Numbered from the whole stretch's first letter, positions 51,401-63,468 are shown. The stretch: DNA of 63,751 bases, filler included, from Lama guanicoe (GCA_013239625.1; 167 parts of 167 records of this genome joined end to end with filler, not necessarily neighbours in it), one strand, 5' to 3'. Program-made: numbers and translations. Notes: generated by a model from the letters alone, not told the origin.

Positions 51401-53610
51401 CTTTCCCGCTTTCTCCTAGAGCACTTCTTCCCTCTGCTTCTGCGAAATCAGACTTAAACTGCACATCTAATAGGTAGAGCTAAATGAATAGTAATCATAN
51501 NNNNNNNNNNNNNNNNNNNNNNNNNNNNNNNNNNNNNNNNNNNTTAATTAATTAANNNNNNNNNNNNNNNNNNNNNNNNNNNNNNNNNNNNNNNNNNNNG
51601 GTCTGGCTGGGAAGCTGTGTCCGTTGGACTCTATCCGTACACAGTAACCGCAGCCTAGCAACGCTGCTCCAGTGTCCATGCGCCTCGGAACCCTGAGCCA
51701 CTGCCCATGTGCACAGAGGCCCTGAGGCCCAGCACACCCCGCCCGCATGTGCCAGCCCCAGGCATCTCAAATCTCTGCCACTGCTTCGGGGCCACACTGC
51801 ATTCCTTTCAAATGTTGCTGCTAGTTGGCTGGGTGGTTCAGGACATTTGCAGAATTTAGACTCACCCAAGAAAGACGTGTTGNNNNNNNNNNNNNNNNNN
51901 NNNNNNNNNNNNNNNNNNNNNNNNNNTTAATTAATTAANNNNNNNNNNNNNNNNNNNNNNNNNNNNNNNNNNNNNNNNNNNNACAAAACAAAACAAAACA
52001 GAAAGAGGCTTTGGTACCTTTCAACAACAGAAGACAAAAATAAATTTAGTGCATTATTAAATTCATGTAATATAAAAACATCTATGTGGGAGTGTTGCAT
52101 AAATCTATAAAACAGAAACAAATCTAAAATGTATTAGAGCCTGAGAGAAAAAAAATCTTCCTTTTCACCTCTGAGTTTAACAGAATACCAGAATTTGGAA
52201 AAACAAGTACTTCCCCAACTAAATTTTCTTCCAGTCTGCATACACCTTAGCAGGATGGCACTCTGNNNNNNNNNNNNNNNNNNNNNNNNNNNNNNNNNNN
52301 NNNNNNNNNTTAATTAATTAANNNNNNNNNNNNNNNNNNNNNNNNNNNNNNNNNNNNNNNNNNNNGCCTGTTTATGAACCTAAATGAATGATTCTATCAG
52401 GTTAGGACCATGGTTCATCCTATTTAATATCAGAACACTGATAATAGAGCCAAATGGCAGGTAATTCAGGAAAGCCTGGACTGGATTCCCTAAATATGCT
52501 CACCAGGGGCATGAGCTCAATAAGTTACGTGCTGGGTTAATTTTTTATTTCCTTTTATTGATCCCATACTTCGCATATGAGAGTTTCAAGAATTGCCCGG
52601 AGCACTAACATGTTATTTGGTAAATGAGTCTGTATTCACCTACCCAGTNNNNNNNNNNNNNNNNNNNNNNNNNNNNNNNNNNNNNNNNNNNNTTAATTAA
52701 TTAANNNNNNNNNNNNNNNNNNNNNNNNNNNNNNNNNNNNNNNNNNNNGTTGGTCATCGGACATGTGAAGCACTTAGAATCTAAGAAATGGCCAAGACGG
52801 TCTTGTATGGCTCAGGAGGCAGTGCGCTTCACAGCTGTGCAAAGAACTGGTGGCCACCATGTAAGACCACTGGTCAGAAGCAGCCTCACAAAGACTGTAC
52901 TGGTACTCACCTGGGCTTGTCAGTACCTCCACCGGACCTGAAACTGAGACTGAGTCTTCCAGAGTAAGCCTATAACTTACCAAGCGGGTTGCTGGGTTGC
53001 TTTGACTCCCCAGGACTCACCTTTTATAAATNNNNNNNNNNNNNNNNNNNNNNNNNNNNNNNNNNNNNNNNNNNNTTAATTAATTAANNNNNNNNNNNNN
53101 NNNNNNNNNNNNNNNNNNNNNNNNNNNNNNNGGCGGTCCAGGCTCCCATCACCATGGTGACAGCCACCAGACAGGGATCCTGGGCAGAGTGCAGGAGGGC
53201 AGCGCTGGAGGCTGTTCCACTTCCCGCCTGGGTGCCCTGCCCCGCTGTGCCCAGGGCCTCTGTCTGAGGCGACGGGACAGGGTGGTCCCGGGCTGCACAC
53301 TGCTCGCTCGCTCGCCAGTGGGCTTTGGATGCTCGATGGCGCTGCAAGAGGGGAGGGTGCAGGAAAGCCCCGGGATGGACAGCAGGCAGCCACAGAGGCC
53401 GTGGGGGAGGGGGGNNNNNNNNNNNNNNNNNNNNNNNNNNNNNNNNNNNNNNNNNNNNTTAATTAATTAANNNNNNNNNNNNNNNNNNNNNNNNNNNNNN
53501 NNNNNNNNNNNNNNCCCAGGGCTCTGCCCCCAGAGTACCCAGGGATCAGCCTGTCCCTGAACAAAAGGGGGCCCTGGTCTCCACCCTCACACTCCTCTCC
53601 ACTCCTGTAT

Positions 53611-53797
53611 GTTATGTGGCCTCTTCTGCACTGACTCAGCCCTCCACAGTGTCCCTGTCCTTGAGACTGACGGCCAGGATCACCTGCAAGGAGACAGCTT
53701 AGGAAGCTATGGTACTAACTGGTACCAGCAGAAGCCAGGCCAGGCCCATGTGCTGGTCATTTATGGTGATGACAGCAGGCCCTCAGGGATCCCTGAG
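53611..53797 (+). pseudogene. Immunoglobulin lambda variable (IGLV3-type) pseudogene
   Basis: [22 protein letters not shown] / [36 protein letters not shown]; 1-bp deletion after Cys (~53688); acceptor reads tat instead of (c/t)ag at 53608-53610. Confidence 0.9.
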
Positions 53798-54129
53798 NNN
53801 NNNNNNNNNNNNNNNNNNNNNNNNNNNNNNNNNNNNNNNNNTTAATTAATTAANNNNNNNNNNNNNNNNNNNNNNNNNNNNNNNNNNNNNNNNNNNNATG
53901 CACTACTTTTTCCGAGTAGAGGTGAGTTCAATTTTAGCAAAGGAAAAGAAAATTTCACTTAAAAGCATTGCATCGCGTACTTTTTCAGTGAAGCCTTCGA
54001 GATATCAATAAAGGGAAAGAGAACGCAGTGAGGGCCGGCAAAAGAAGGCCACCGCCCTAGAGAATGACTCCCGCGCCTGGAGCGCTGGGGTGACTCGAGG
54101 GCCCGCGGGACCAGGGGAACGGGACTCAC

Positions 54130-54180
54130 GTGGGGGATGAGGCGGCAGGAGCGGATGGAGTCGCTGAGGCCCATCCACTG
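54130..54180 (-). CDS. Gamma-crystallin (CRYGD/E/F-like) exon 2, 3' end
   Basis: QWMGLSDSIRSCRLIPH followed by a perfect GTGAGT donor (54129-54124) at the known gamma-crystallin intron position. Confidence 0.9.
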
Positions 54181-54663
54181 NNNNNNNNNNNNNNNNNNNN
54201 NNNNNNNNNNNNNNNNNNNNNNNNTTAATTAATTAANNNNNNNNNNNNNNNNNNNNNNNNNNNNNNNNNNNNNNNNNNNNTTTTTTTTTAAAGAAAATGT
54301 TGATGTAGGCTCAGTATAATTATTTTTCTTATTTCACTGGTAAATATTTATGGTGGGAAATAAATCACACATTCTCTATTCAAGTCACAGTAACTGGAAT
54401 TATCTTACATATACGTGGTTCTTTATATTCTGAACTATAGGAAAGGATTTCCCCTTTTGCTTGAAATTCAAATAAATATCACTTCATTTGGATAATAAAC
54501 ATACTTAAATATTCAGCAGAAATGTTCATATTTCTAGGCAGACTACCTGGCAAGTATTACCTGNNNNNNNNNNNNNNNNNNNNNNNNNNNNNNNNNNNNN
54601 NNNNNNNTTAATTAATTAANNNNNNNNNNNNNNNNNNNNNNNNNNNNNNNNNNNNNNNNNNNN

Positions 54664-54942
54664 ATATGATCCAGCAATCCCACTTCTGGGTATATATCCA
54701 GAGGGAACTCTACATGCACCATAATGTTCATAGCAGCACTGTATACAATAGCCAAGACATGGACGCAACCTAAATGTCCATCAACAGATGACAGGATAAC
54801 GTTGTGGTATATTTATACAATGAAATACTATTCAGCCATAAAAAAGTAGTAAATGATGCATTTGCAGCAATGTGGATAGACCTGGAGATTGTTATTTATT
54901 CTAAGTGAAGTAAGCCAGAAAGAGAAAGAAAAATACCATATG
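54664..54942 (+). mobile_element. L1 ORF2 C-terminus and 3'UTR
   Basis: YDPAIPLLGIYP...FIAALYTIAKTWTQPKCPSTDD. Confidence 0.93.
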
Positions 54943-55425
54943 NNNNNNNNNNNNNNNNNNNNNNNNNNNNNNNNNNNNNNNNNNNNTTAATTAATTAANN
55001 NNNNNNNNNNNNNNNNNNNNNNNNNNNNNNNNNNNNNNNNNNCTCCTTGACCGAAATCCCCTGCTCCTTCGCCTTCCCCGCCGGCTCTTGCAGGGCCGCC
55101 AACGCACGGGAACACCCCTACGCAGCCACGCACGCACAGACGAACGCACACACACGGGAACACCACAAGATATGGCTGAGGCGACCTGTAACCAACCGAC
55201 AACCAGAGAAATGGCGCGCAACTGGCAGCACGCCACGCCCTTCGGTGAAAGGCCTACGCCTTTCCTCCCCCCGGGTGCCTCCCCAGCGGCCAGCAGCCAG
55301 CCTGCGGCCCTTTCCAGGGCCGTCCNNNNNNNNNNNNNNNNNNNNNNNNNNNNNNNNNNNNNNNNNNNNTTAATTAATTAANNNNNNNNNNNNNNNNNNN
55401 NNNNNNNNNNNNNNNNNNNNNNNNN

Positions 55426-55708
55426 TCCCTGAATTCGTTCAGGGGAAAGGCTATGGTTTCCAGGAGTCAGAACAACTCCTAGATAAATTACCTCTTCTTT
55501 GACCATTTTGGCCTTAGACCTGGAATCCTTATATTTTTGCTCAGCCAAGAAGTTAAGAGTTTGGATTGTTAGGCTGAGTGGCCTGTTTTCAGGTAGCGAA
55601 ACAAATAAGCAGATTATTAACATACTTTAGCCCCTTTTAAAGCTGTAAGTCCTATAAATCTTGGGCCAAAGCTTGCCCAAAGAGGACTGTCTAAACCCCT
55701 GTGGATCA
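55426..55708 (-). mobile_element. ERV1 (gamma-like) pol reverse transcriptase fragment, degenerate
   Basis: PQGFR...FGQALAQDL...YVNNLLIC...LNFLAEQKYKDSRSKAKMVKEEVIYLG corresponds to the PQGF, YVDDLL and V-YLG RT motifs. Confidence 0.88.
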
Positions 55709-56191
55709 NNNNNNNNNNNNNNNNNNNNNNNNNNNNNNNNNNNNNNNNNNNNTTAATTAATTAANNNNNNNNNNNNNNNNNNNNNNNNNNNNNNNNNNNN
55801 NNNNNNNNGCCATTAAGGATGGGGGGATGGGTATGCAGGAGGTCAGTATAACAGTCCAGATACAATGGAATGATACAGTTGAGGGACATGCATGTGGTAA
55901 GAGTCTAAGAGATAGTCTTAGGTCGGTTGCAGAGCTGAAGCATGAGTTGAAGACAATACTTGATGAATGGCACAGGGCAATTTAATTGGTAATAATATAT
56001 ATGTAATGTTTCACACCTGAGCAGAATAGATGGTTTTAGCCATTGGTGCTCAGGGTTCTAAGTTTATGAGCTGCCTTTAATGCATATCACCNNNNNNNNN
56101 NNNNNNNNNNNNNNNNNNNNNNNNNNNNNNNNNNNTTAATTAATTAANNNNNNNNNNNNNNNNNNNNNNNNNNNNNNNNNNNNNNNNNNNN

Positions 56192-56474
56192 ACACGGAAT
56201 GCAGAACAGAGAATATACGATATAGAATAGAGAATACAGCATACAGAATGTAGAATATAGATTGTAGAACAATGAATATGAAATATAGAATAAAAAATAG
56301 AGAACCCAGTTTTTAGATAATGGAATGTAAGACAGAACATAGAATATAGAATACAGAAATAGAATGTAAAATATACAATGTAGAATACAGAATATAGAAT
56401 ATCAAATACAGATTTCAGAACCCAGAACTTAAAACATGGAATGCAGGAGAGAACATAGAATATAGAATACAGAA
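56192..56474 (+). repeat. AGAAT heptamer-based satellite (family B)
   Basis: agaatat/agaatac/agaatgt units plus agaacccag...atggaatg motif shared with 9547-9826. Confidence 0.88.
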
Positions 56475-56584
56475 NNNNNNNNNNNNNNNNNNNNNNNNNN
56501 NNNNNNNNNNNNNNNNNNTTAATTAATTAANNNNNNNNNNNNNNNNNNNNNNNNNNNNNNNNNNNNNNNNNNNNCCAGGGCAAG

Positions 56585-56857
56585 TGGTTAGAGGTGTGGG
56601 GCTTCCACCTCTCCCTCCCCTCCACTGCCCCGACCTCTGATGACAAGAGCGGGGCTGGATGTTGAATCAATCACCAGTGGCCAATAATGAATCAATGACG
56701 CCTATGTAATGAAGGACTGGGTTCAGAGAACTTTAGGGTTGATGACCATGTGTGGGTGCTGGGGGAGTGGTGTGCTGGGAGTGGGTGGGGAAGCTCAGTG
56801 CCTTTTCCCCAGACCTGCCTTAGGTACCTTGCATCTCTTCCATCTGGCTGCTCCTGA
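56585..56857 (+). mobile_element. MER21-like LTR
   Basis: ggggctggatgttgaatcaatcaccagtggccaat...gcctatgtaatgaag...gcatctcttccatctggctg. Confidence 0.78.
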
Positions 56858-58106
56858 NNNNNNNNNNNNNNNNNNNNNNNNNNNNNNNNNNNNNNNNNNN
56901 NTTAATTAATTAANNNNNNNNNNNNNNNNNNNNNNNNNNNNNNNNNNNNNNNNNNNNAACTGAGGTCCAGAGGGAACGGACTCAAAGTCATTAAAACTAG
57001 TAAGTATATCCCAGACAGAAATATAAGGAAAAAGGAAATGACACCTTCTTTATTTAAACAAAACCCAGAATTTCTTTAGCTGGTTCATGAAGGACACTCA
57101 CTCAGTGAAGATGCTAGACTTTTCTGCCCCAACTTCTCCCAAGATCCACTTTCTCCCCCGAAAGAGGCCAAAGGCCCTTCCCATTGAGTCTTTCAGAACT
57201 ACTGAGAACACAAGATACAGTATTTTTCAACTGTTTTTTTNNNNNNNNNNNNNNNNNNNNNNNNNNNNNNNNNNNNNNNNNNNNTTAATTAATTAANNNN
57301 NNNNNNNNNNNNNNNNNNNNNNNNNNNNNNNNNNNNNNNNTTTCCTGTCATATTAAGATTTCATTAGATACATTTAAAACATCCCATGATTATATTTACT
57401 TAATGATCCTGTTTACTTATTGTAGTGCTTTTTCTTATAAAGTCTACTTATAAAGTCAGTAATGATAGGACTGCACTGTCCTTCTTTTGGCTGGTTTTTG
57501 TTTAGTGTATATTTCTCCACCCCTACTTTCAAATCCTGTATATACTTATTTTTATATGTGTTTATTTTTATATCTATTTATTTAAAATCAATTTGGCATG
57601 CATTATCTTTTATTTGGAACATANNNNNNNNNNNNNNNNNNNNNNNNNNNNNNNNNNNNNNNNNNNNTTAATTAATTAANNNNNNNNNNNNNNNNNNNNN
57701 NNNNNNNNNNNNNNNNNNNNNNNAATTTTACAAACATTAAAATATCCAGAGAGGCAATATGAAATGGAAACTGAAAATATTTAAAATTTATTGCTCTGTA
57801 GAGGTCATTTCTAGTCCTTTTAGAAACCTCCATAAGAAACTACAAAGCTTTTTTTTAAAAGCACAAAAGAAGATTCTGTTTTGTTTATGCAGGGCCCCGT
57901 ACTCAGTATTCATAATAAATACTAAGTTGTTTTGTAAACTTCACTTTACTTAATAACGTATTGTTAACATCTTTCCAGGTCAGAAAATACATATTTAAAA
58001 AATCACNNNNNNNNNNNNNNNNNNNNNNNNNNNNNNNNNNNNNNNNNNNNTTAATTAATTAANNNNNNNNNNNNNNNNNNNNNNNNNNNNNNNNNNNNNN
58101 NNNNNN

Positions 58107-58389
58107 CTATCTGCAGGACTTCCTCACTCACCACCTTCAGCTCAAATACTTACTCTCTCAGTTCGTCCCTCTCTGACCACTCTATTTTAAAACTGCAACT
58201 GCTCCCTCTAACCATGATACCACATCCCCTTTCTTTGTTTAATTTTTTTCCTCACAGCAGCTACCACCTTCTAGTATTATAGTACCTATTTTTTTTTGTT
58301 TATACTTTGTCTCTATGTATTTTAACATAAGCTCCAAGAAGGTAGTGATTTTGTACATTTTGTTTACTTCTGTATACTGGCTAGTAGAT
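58107..58389 (-). mobile_element. L2 3' fragment
   Basis: cttcagctcaaat...ctctgaccactctattttaaaactgcaac...taagctccaagaaggtag. Confidence 0.7.
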
Positions 58390-60039
58390 NNNNNNNNNNN
58401 NNNNNNNNNNNNNNNNNNNNNNNNNNNNNNNNNTTAATTAATTAANNNNNNNNNNNNNNNNNNNNNNNNNNNNNNNNNNNNNNNNNNNNGTCATACAACG
58501 ATTATATTAATGATACTTTCTTGAAAGAGATGTGAGAAAAAATGAGCTAAGGGATTAAATAGCCATATTCATTAAAAGAACATTATATATTTTACTTTCC
58601 TCCCCTCCCTTTCCCTTAGAGAAGCTGTAGGAGAAAATGTTACATCACAGACTTCATTTCTATTAGTACCTGAAAGAACAGAAGCCCTGGAAGGAGGGTA
58701 CACAGTGGTTGGTATATAATATAACACACATTTCCTCTCTCTCTCTTCCTCTCTCTCTCTCTCAGACACACANNNNNNNNNNNNNNNNNNNNNNNNNNNN
58801 NNNNNNNNNNNNNNNNTTAATTAATTAANNNNNNNNNNNNNNNNNNNNNNNNNNNNNNNNNNNNNNNNNNNNGGAGCCCAGGCGGCCCTTTGTCCAGCTG
58901 GTCCCCGAGCCCTGGCTGGACATGGCCCACACGGACACGTGGGGCAAGTGCTGAAGGGCAGGGGCACAGCATGGGTCCCCTGGGGCGCCGGCCGGTCACC
59001 CCACGTGCCCCGTGCCTGGAGGAGGGTCGGCCCTGCGCCTCTGACTGCGGGACCCTCCTAGGACGCCTGCTCCTCATCTCCACTCGGCAGCTGAGCGCCG
59101 CTGCCAGTCCCGGCACAGCTGTGCCCCTCCTCCCTCCGTCTTCTGGGAATCTCAGNNNNNNNNNNNNNNNNNNNNNNNNNNNNNNNNNNNNNNNNNNNNT
59201 TAATTAATTAANNNNNNNNNNNNNNNNNNNNNNNNNNNNNNNNNNNNNNNNNNNNTTTTTTTTTCACTGCACAGATGAGGAAACCAGGCATCAGGTGACT
59301 TGTCCAGGGTTCATAGACAATAACTGCATAGTAGAACTGGGATTTGTCTGGACCTCAAAACCTGTCATTATTCTTTTTTTCCCTTAAGTACTGTAGGCTT
59401 TCCTCTCTTGTCACAAGTTACCTGGAAACATGCTTTTTCCAGCCTGGGTTCCTGAATGTACTGGCACCAAAGTATAACATGATGATTGTCATGGCAAACT
59501 TGTGCCTGTTGTGGGGTTGGAAGAGGGAGGAAGCAGAANNNNNNNNNNNNNNNNNNNNNNNNNNNNNNNNNNNNNNNNNNNNTTAATTAATTAANNNNNN
59601 NNNNNNNNNNNNNNNNNNNNNNNNNNNNNNNNNNNNNNTAGTAGGGGAAATCGATCTGGAAGTCCAAAATATGGTCAGTTTTAGATAAGTCAAGTTTGAA
59701 CTGATTAGAAAATGTGAAAGGGAAGGCTTTCAGTGAGCAGTTGTATAAAAGGGTCAGAAACCAAGGAGAAAGCCCTGGGCCAGAGAGTTGAGAGGGACTG
59801 GCAGAAATATATTAATTGAGGCCATGGGAACTGATGAGTCATCTGAAGAGATCAATTAGGAAGCAGGCCGGAGGAAAGCTGGCCAGTTTTAAAGAACGCA
59901 AAGTGGATAAGGCAGACGAATNNNNNNNNNNNNNNNNNNNNNNNNNNNNNNNNNNNNNNNNNNNNTTAATTAATTAANNNNNNNNNNNNNNNNNNNNNNN
60001 NNNNNNNNNNNNNNNNNNNNNGTCTCTAAAAAGCTAACT

Positions 60040-60280
60040 GACAGCTACTGAGTGTTGATTATATGCAAGTCACGGTTCTCAGCCCTTTCTTTGCATCAAC
60101 TTCGTTTAATCACTACAACAGTCCTTTAAGGCGGACACTATTAGGATCCTCATTTTACAGACAAGGATATTAGATTGTGGAAAGTTTAAGAAATCTGCCA
60201 AAAATCAGGTTACAGCTGCTAAGTGGACAGATCTACAGCAGAAATATGAATCCAAGCAATCTGATTTCCAAGCACTCAAC
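60040..60280 (+). mobile_element. MIR SINE, near full length and degenerate
   Basis: tactgagtgttgattatatgcaag...tttaatcactacaacagtcct...cctcattttacagacaagga. Confidence 0.75.
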
Positions 60281-60839
60281 TGCTCTGGGAAAATACCTCT
60301 GTAGNNNNNNNNNNNNNNNNNNNNNNNNNNNNNNNNNNNNNNNNNNNNTTAATTAATTAANNNNNNNNNNNNNNNNNNNNNNNNNNNNNNNNNNNNNNNN
60401 NNNNCTGGAGCCGAGCTTTATACTTCTTGAAAACACATCTAGGGTTGCGTTAGGGAAGGCAAATTTTTCTGGACTTGATTTTTTAACAAAATGTCTTTAC
60501 AGAAATGTTCTGGAAATTTGAGAATAGTATATCTAGAAATGTACTGGCTAGACTTAAGAAAAGTGGACACAGCAAGCCCTTTCATTGTGGTTTTCCAAGA
60601 ACATGAGAGAGATGATACAGCTCAAGGACTGGCAAGCATTTCCATTAAATGCCAAACAGGTTTTTTTCCATTTTTATTGAGAAATAANNNNNNNNNNNNN
60701 NNNNNNNNNNNNNNNNNNNNNNNNNNNNNNNTTAATTAATTAANNNNNNNNNNNNNNNNNNNNNNNNNNNNNNNNNNNNNNNNNNNNTCTCACCATTACT
60801 CCTGCTCTTTCCTGTCTGTCTGTCCATCTCTCTGTCCAG

Positions 60840-60970
60840 GCAGACTCCCCAGGGCTGCCATGTGCTGTACAATGGGGGGGCCCTCCTCCCACCCTGCAGG
60901 GGAGGTCGTGGTGAACATGGAGCCAGAGGTCTCCGTCAAGAAGTTGGAGACCATGGTGAAGCTGGACGCG
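60840..60970 (+). CDS. OTOF: Otoferlin exon with two alternative acceptors 60 nt apart
   Basis: Polypyrimidine/AG at 60838-60839, second AG at 60898-60899; [24 protein letters not shown] matches recalled [30 protein letters not shown] donor at 60971. Confidence 0.9.
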
Positions 60971-61553
60971 GTGATGTGCCTGGGGTCAGTCCCACGCTGG
61001 CTGCAGACGTGCACCTGCATTTGACACTTTACCAGAGCCAGGCCAGTCCACCTGTGAGACAATACATTAANNNNNNNNNNNNNNNNNNNNNNNNNNNNNN
61101 NNNNNNNNNNNNNNTTAATTAATTAANNNNNNNNNNNNNNNNNNNNNNNNNNNNNNNNNNNNNNNNNNNNAATTGACTGGAGAAACAAAATGTGCTCAAC
61201 ACTTCATGCTGTTACTTTGGGGAATATATTCCAGTCTCTGGGTTCCTCATTCCCTGACTATACATTATTTTTGCTTTTATTCTAGAGTTTCTCAAAGATA
61301 AGCATATATATTATCTAAATTAACAATCCCTGGGGTGCTTTTTTCAAGTTCCATCCATTTTTGCTTCATGTGTTTTTTTTTTTATTATTTAAGTATAGTT
61401 GATTTACAATATTGTGTTAGTTCCAGGTGTACAGCAACGTGATTCAATTATACNNNNNNNNNNNNNNNNNNNNNNNNNNNNNNNNNNNNNNNNNNNNTTA
61501 ATTAATTAANNNNNNNNNNNNNNNNNNNNNNNNNNNNNNNNNNNNNNNNNNNN

Positions 61554-61836
61554 GTCATCTGCAAATATTTTTTCCCATTTAGTAGGTTGTCTCTTGGTTT
61601 TGTTGATGGTTTCCTTTGCTGTGCAAAATCTTTTGAGTTTAATTAGGTCTCATTTGTTTATTTTTGCTTTGATTTCCTTTACTTTAGGAGGTGGATCCAA
61701 AAAAATACTGCTGTGATTTGTGTCCAGGAGTGTTCTGCCTACGTCCTCCTCTAGGAGTCTTAGAGGATCCGGTCTTACAGTTAGGTATTTTATCCAGTTT
61801 GAGTTTTATTTTTGTATGTGGTGTTAGAGAATGTTC
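61554..61836 (-). mobile_element. L1 ORF2 fragment
   Basis: tttcctttgctgtgcaaaatcttttgagtttaattagg...gagttttatttttgtatgtggtgttaga. Confidence 0.92.
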
Positions 61837-61936
61837 NNNNNNNNNNNNNNNNNNNNNNNNNNNNNNNNNNNNNNNNNNNNTTAATTAATTAANNNNNNNN
61901 NNNNNNNNNNNNNNNNNNNNNNNNNNNNNNNNNNNN

Positions 61937-62219
61937 TGATTTGCATTTCTCTAATAAGTAGTGATGTTGAGCATCTTTTCATGTGACTGTTGGCTATCTG
62001 TATGTCTTCTTTGGAGAAATCTGTTTAGGTCTTTTGCCTATTTTTTGATTGAGTTATTTGTCTTTTACTGATATTGAGCTGTATGAGCTGTTTGTATATT
62101 TTGGAATTTAAGGCCTTATCAGTTGCATCATTTGCAAATATTTTCTCCCACTACAAATGTTGTATTTTCATTTTGTTTATGGTTTCCTTTGCTGTGCAAA
62201 AGCTGTTAAGTTTAATTAG
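61937..62219 (-). mobile_element. L1 ORF2 fragment
   Basis: tgatttgcatttctctaataagtagtgatgttgagcatcttttcatgtg...tgtatgtcttctttggagaaat. Confidence 0.93.
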
Positions 62220-63468
62220 NNNNNNNNNNNNNNNNNNNNNNNNNNNNNNNNNNNNNNNNNNNNTTAATTAATTAANNNNNNNNNNNNNNNNNNNNNNNNN
62301 NNNNNNNNNNNNNNNNNNNTGGAATTCTCCCGTCCTCTTTTATTTTTATTTAGCAGCATTGATGGAAAGGAATTCCAGAAATAGAGTGACGTGGATGTAT
62401 AAGTGGGACTACAATCATGAAGTAGACGGGGAGCTGGAGCAAATAAGCAAATGCATCTGCCTCCTCCAGAGAGTTACTTCTTTACACTGTGTTCTACTGG
62501 GTTACCATGATAATCATGTCAAACGAGAGAACTGCTCTTTCTCACTCCTCTCCTAGTCCAGCCAAAGAGTATTAATACCAACATTAGATTCAGAGCAAAG
62601 TGNNNNNNNNNNNNNNNNNNNNNNNNNNNNNNNNNNNNNNNNNNNNTTAATTAATTAANNNNNNNNNNNNNNNNNNNNNNNNNNNNNNNNNNNNNNNNNN
62701 NNGGGGGCCCAGCACAGGCCCTGACATTTCTGCCCCATCCTTTGATACCACGTCCAGCAGAGTACGGCTTTGTTTAAATCAACCATTAAGGCCTGTGACT
62801 GAAATTTTGGTTTGTGTTTGGATGGACACCCAGAGTCGGAAGGAAGAGGGAGGCCTGGTGCAGCCGAGCGGTGATCACACCTTCAGAGGTGACGGAACCC
62901 GGAGGGGCCCTTTACGTCTCAGGCGTGGTCTCCGTCACAGCCGCCCCGCCCCCTGTCTGCCGTGGCTTCCGATCGCCAAGACTAANNNNNNNNNNNNNNN
63001 NNNNNNNNNNNNNNNNNNNNNNNNNNNNNTTAATTAATTAANNNNNNNNNNNNNNNNNNNNNNNNNNNNNNNNNNNNNNNNNNNNAAAAAATGGCACTCG
63101 GACTGTAAGACCCACTTTCGGGAAACAGCCATCCCAAATCACCAAGCCTTGTAATCTATGAATATCATATATCTCTCCGTTTATTTTGGTCTTATTCAAT
63201 CTCTCTTAGCAACGTCTTGTGATCTTTTAGGGTAAAGTTCTTTTGCGTCTCCTGTTAGATTTACACTAGGTATTGCATGTCTCTGGATCTTAACGTAATT
63301 GTTATTTTAAACTGTTCACTTTCCAATTGTTTATGGATGGCTTTCTACATTCTTTTTATATTCCCCCCNNNNNNNNNNNNNNNNNNNNNNNNNNNNNNNN
63401 NNNNNNNNNNNNTTAATTAATTAANNNNNNNNNNNNNNNNNNNNNNNNNNNNNNNNNNNNNNNNNNNN

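Noticed and set aside
383..60970. Apparent cluster of immune and sensory genes (TRAV, IGLV, TRIM, ORs, crystallin, OTOF)
   Set aside because: They sit on separate contigs ordered by length; co-occurrence reflects assembly failure, not linkage
416..63041. Numerous 60-109 aa ORFs ending in X...N or X...LIN
   Set aside because: They run through N runs and stop in the linker, so their lengths are inflated; most have no recognisable protein content
283..63468. Constant palindromic repeat with equal-length unique 'spacers', superficially like a CRISPR, integron-cassette or IES array
   Set aside because: The repeat is embedded in exactly 44+44 Ns and is a six-frame stop linker; the spacers are unrelated mammalian genomic pieces; no cas or integrase gene is present
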